A stretch of 63,960 bases of DNA, filler included, from Lama guanicoe (Eukaryota), in NCBI GenBank assembly GCA_013239625.1. It is 180 parts of 180 records of this genome, joined end to end, with 100 filler letters (N's around TTAATTAATTAA, not from the genome) between each part and the next. Parts side by side here need not be neighbours in the genome. Positions count along the whole stretch, not along the records: positions 61,205 to 61,461 come from PNXV01049428.1; positions 61,562 to 61,818 come from PNXV01049429.1; positions 61,919 to 62,175 come from PNXV01049430.1; positions 62,276 to 62,532 come from PNXV01049431.1; positions 62,633 to 62,889 come from PNXV01049432.1; positions 62,990 to 63,246 come from PNXV01049433.1; positions 63,347 to 63,603 come from PNXV01049434.1; positions 63,704 to 63,960 come from PNXV01049435.1; 172 more parts are not named here. One strand, 5' to 3'. A model generated the notes under the pieces. That model was not told the origin of the DNA and did no database searches. It was given only the letters and a program-made list of their open reading frames with translations. Within the stretch, counting starts at the first letter, position 1. Each line of letters begins with the position of its first letter. Below, one piece after another: positions 61,105 to 63,960 of this stretch. The position numbers and the translations under genes are program-made.

Positions 61105-63960
61105 NNNNNNNNNNNNNNNNNNNNNNNNNNNNNNNNNNNNNNNNNNNNTTAATTAATTAANNNNNNNNNNNNNNNNNNNNNNNNNNNNNNNNNNNNNNNN
61201 NNNNGCTGGCCTCTGCTTCTCCCCAGACATCTGCCTTCAGGTCCGTGGCCTCCACGGGCCACGCCTGCCCTGCTCACACCCCTGGGTTCCTGAACATTCT
61301 CCCGCCTACCCCAGGCTCTTCCAGCTTTGGGAAGCTGTTCACTCACTCCACGATGTGAGTCCTACTCTGTGCTGGGCACGGTGCTAGGTTTATATAAGGA
61401 CAGATGCAACACCCTGCCTTCAGGAGTGCAGGCCTGCAGTGTGGAGAGCGTGTGATGCCCCNNNNNNNNNNNNNNNNNNNNNNNNNNNNNNNNNNNNNNN
61501 NNNNNTTAATTAATTAANNNNNNNNNNNNNNNNNNNNNNNNNNNNNNNNNNNNNNNNNNNNAAACTATGCAATTTGAGAAATGGGGTCACTCTTCCCTAT
61601 GGCTCCTCAAATTTCTACATGATGCTTCAGGACCCGATTCTTCTTGAAATATCATCCACTCTTCCTCACATGCTATCTTACAAACTTCTTTTACATGTAT
61701 TGTTTTAAGAAAAAACACTTACAACTTCACACATTGGAAATATTGCTCCTAACTCTGTGCACTGTCTGCAGCTACAGTTTGGAGAGGTTATTGTGCATTC
61801 TCATTGAGCTGCTGTGGGNNNNNNNNNNNNNNNNNNNNNNNNNNNNNNNNNNNNNNNNNNNNTTAATTAATTAANNNNNNNNNNNNNNNNNNNNNNNNNN
61901 NNNNNNNNNNNNNNNNNNCATGAGAGTGATATATACAGAGCTTTATGTTTTCAACCCTACTCTGAGAATTGGATATTGTTAAGAGATCATGCAGTCATAA
62001 TGGTGAAGAAGATAGGCATTTCTGTAGTGTCGTGAAAAATGGCAAAGGATTTAGTGACATATACCTTTTACAGTCCCTTGATGGAGGGTAACATCTTGGA
62101 AATATGAAATAATGTGATTTAAATTTCAACACCAACTCTGAACTTTAAAGTTTACAAATCCTAAAGGCTAGGTGCNNNNNNNNNNNNNNNNNNNNNNNNN
62201 NNNNNNNNNNNNNNNNNNNTTAATTAATTAANNNNNNNNNNNNNNNNNNNNNNNNNNNNNNNNNNNNNNNNNNNNAAGGAAGGGTCTAGTACGGAGGCAG
62301 AGTTGTTCTTCCCTGTCACGCCTTTGGGGATCTCTGCAGAATCCCACGAGGCCTGGGGCTCCTCGTAGCTAAAAACCTGCTGCTTCCTGCTTCAAAGCAA
62401 GGCCCCTGCACACTTCTTTGCGGGTTGGCAAGAAGGAAAGGGGGTGGGCAGGCACTCTCCCTGTGCCCCCCACTCCCAGGGTATGGGGCCCTCCCCAGCC
62501 CTGTGTTGGAGGCAAGGGATGGAGGGGAAGAANNNNNNNNNNNNNNNNNNNNNNNNNNNNNNNNNNNNNNNNNNNNTTAATTAATTAANNNNNNNNNNNN
62601 NNNNNNNNNNNNNNNNNNNNNNNNNNNNNNNNCCTACTCCACAGAGTTCCTGCTGAACTGCTGACAATAACATGATGACAGGATTCCCAAGGTCCAGCCT
62701 CCCACCTGACTCCCAGGGTAGTCTCCATTCCTGAAGCATCTCCAGCCACTGTCTATGTGCACTCATCCTGCAGGTCTCCGAAGATACAATTTTCCCCTAA
62801 ACACTGAAGTCTCCTGGAGCACCTCCAAAGTAAACCCAGGACAAGACAGCACATCTGGGCCTAGGAAAGCATCTCCAACATATCCTCCANNNNNNNNNNN
62901 NNNNNNNNNNNNNNNNNNNNNNNNNNNNNNNNNTTAATTAATTAANNNNNNNNNNNNNNNNNNNNNNNNNNNNNNNNNNNNNNNNNNNNAGATATGTGAT
63001 TATTTTAAGTTGATGATGTCTTAAGGTAGAACAAATTTTAACAATCATCCATTTACTACCCCACCAACATTTAATGTTTTTAACATCATATTTTATGTAT
63101 TTTTGTTTTATGTACCCCTTAGCTTCTTATTTGGGGTATAGATGATTTTGCTACTTTTTTCTTTTAATCTTCTTACTAGCGTTATACATGATTGATCTAC
63201 AACATCTACTGTGTATTTGCCTTTACCAATGTGGGATTTTTTTTTTNNNNNNNNNNNNNNNNNNNNNNNNNNNNNNNNNNNNNNNNNNNNTTAATTAATT
63301 AANNNNNNNNNNNNNNNNNNNNNNNNNNNNNNNNNNNNNNNNNNNNTAAGTTTTTAAACCGAGTCATCTCTCTGGACAACAAGAACAGCAGAATCAGACG
63401 AGCGACTCTTTTCTCCATTATTCAACCCAACACTTTTTTCCTCCTTAAAGTGTCTGTTCACTGTGTAGTGTGTGAGTGAATTCAGCTCACCTCCATTTCA
63501 GTAGACTTGAAACTCAGCCCTGAACGCGGCAGACTGAGTACAGGAATGACACACACAACGTCGCACTGTAGTGAACCCTGGCACTGCAGCGAGGATGGGC
63601 TGCNNNNNNNNNNNNNNNNNNNNNNNNNNNNNNNNNNNNNNNNNNNNTTAATTAATTAANNNNNNNNNNNNNNNNNNNNNNNNNNNNNNNNNNNNNNNNN
63701 NNNATCCAGGAAGGAATAACATGAAGAGGTAAGGAATTCCCAAAGACTTAAAGTCAAATGCTGAGCTACTGGTGTATCGTGGATTTTTATACCTTGAGCA
63801 TAAAAGCGATTAGTAGCCTTGATGTTATCACAAAGGACAGTTGTTCCCAAACCAAGTGGAAATAAAGCCTCAGCAGAAATGGTCTCAGAAATGGCTGCCA
63901 CTAATTCAAGGTCTTATCTAGCTTATGATGTGCTGATTTTGTTGTGTTAGCAGAAAAAAA

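Larger units (their letters stand above)
256..63703. other. Recurring artificial 100-nt contig linker N44-TTAATTAATTAA-N44 (about 179 copies, period about 355-357 bp)
   Basis: First copy at 256-355 with the 12-mer at 300-311; identical at every junction. The 12-mer is self-complementary with TAA in all three frames per strand. Flanking contigs are unrelated and rise in length from about 255 to 257 bp. Confidence 0.99.

Noticed and set aside
256..63703. CRISPR-like or other natural repeat-spacer array, or homeodomain TAAT site array
   Set aside because: The repeat is a 12-mer centred in exactly 88 Ns, the spacers are about 256 bp of mammalian DNA, and there are no cas genes. It is an assembly linker.
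1447..63901. Most ORFs in the supplied track, especially those ending in X runs, N or LIN
   Set aside because: They reach the length cut-off by reading through Ns and stop in the linker; no recognisable homology apart from those listed as features.

Overview
This window is not contiguous DNA. It is an artificial concatenation of about 180 unrelated contigs of 253-257 bp, roughly sorted by length and joined by a constant 100-nt linker (N44-TTAATTAATTAA-N44) that places stop codons in all six frames. This is typical of an unplaced-contig pseudo-scaffold. The content is mammalian, most likely camelid, judging from several Vic-1-like tRNA-derived SINEs. Most pieces are old interspersed repeats (L1, L2, MIR, MaLR/ERVL, MER5, Tigger) or anonymous non-coding DNA, and nearly all ORFs in the supplied track are artefacts closed by the linker. 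Real coding fragments recognised by reading the sequence are: an intronless-type ADAM EGF region abutting an LTR end, an OR4-family olfactory receptor C-terminus, a diverged PTPRU exon, the CYP3A heme-binding exon, a THADA exon, a CYP4F exon, an NBPF/Olduvai-like exon and a protocadherin gamma-A segment. Other structure includes two circularly permuted monomers of a ~247-248 bp satellite, a heptamer satellite with higher-order structure, two near-identical contig pairs with a 49-bp assembly-bubble signature, and a perfect 24-bp hairpin. No multi-gene novel system can be supported, because adjacency between fragments has no biological meaning. All family assignments come from recalled sequences, not database searches.
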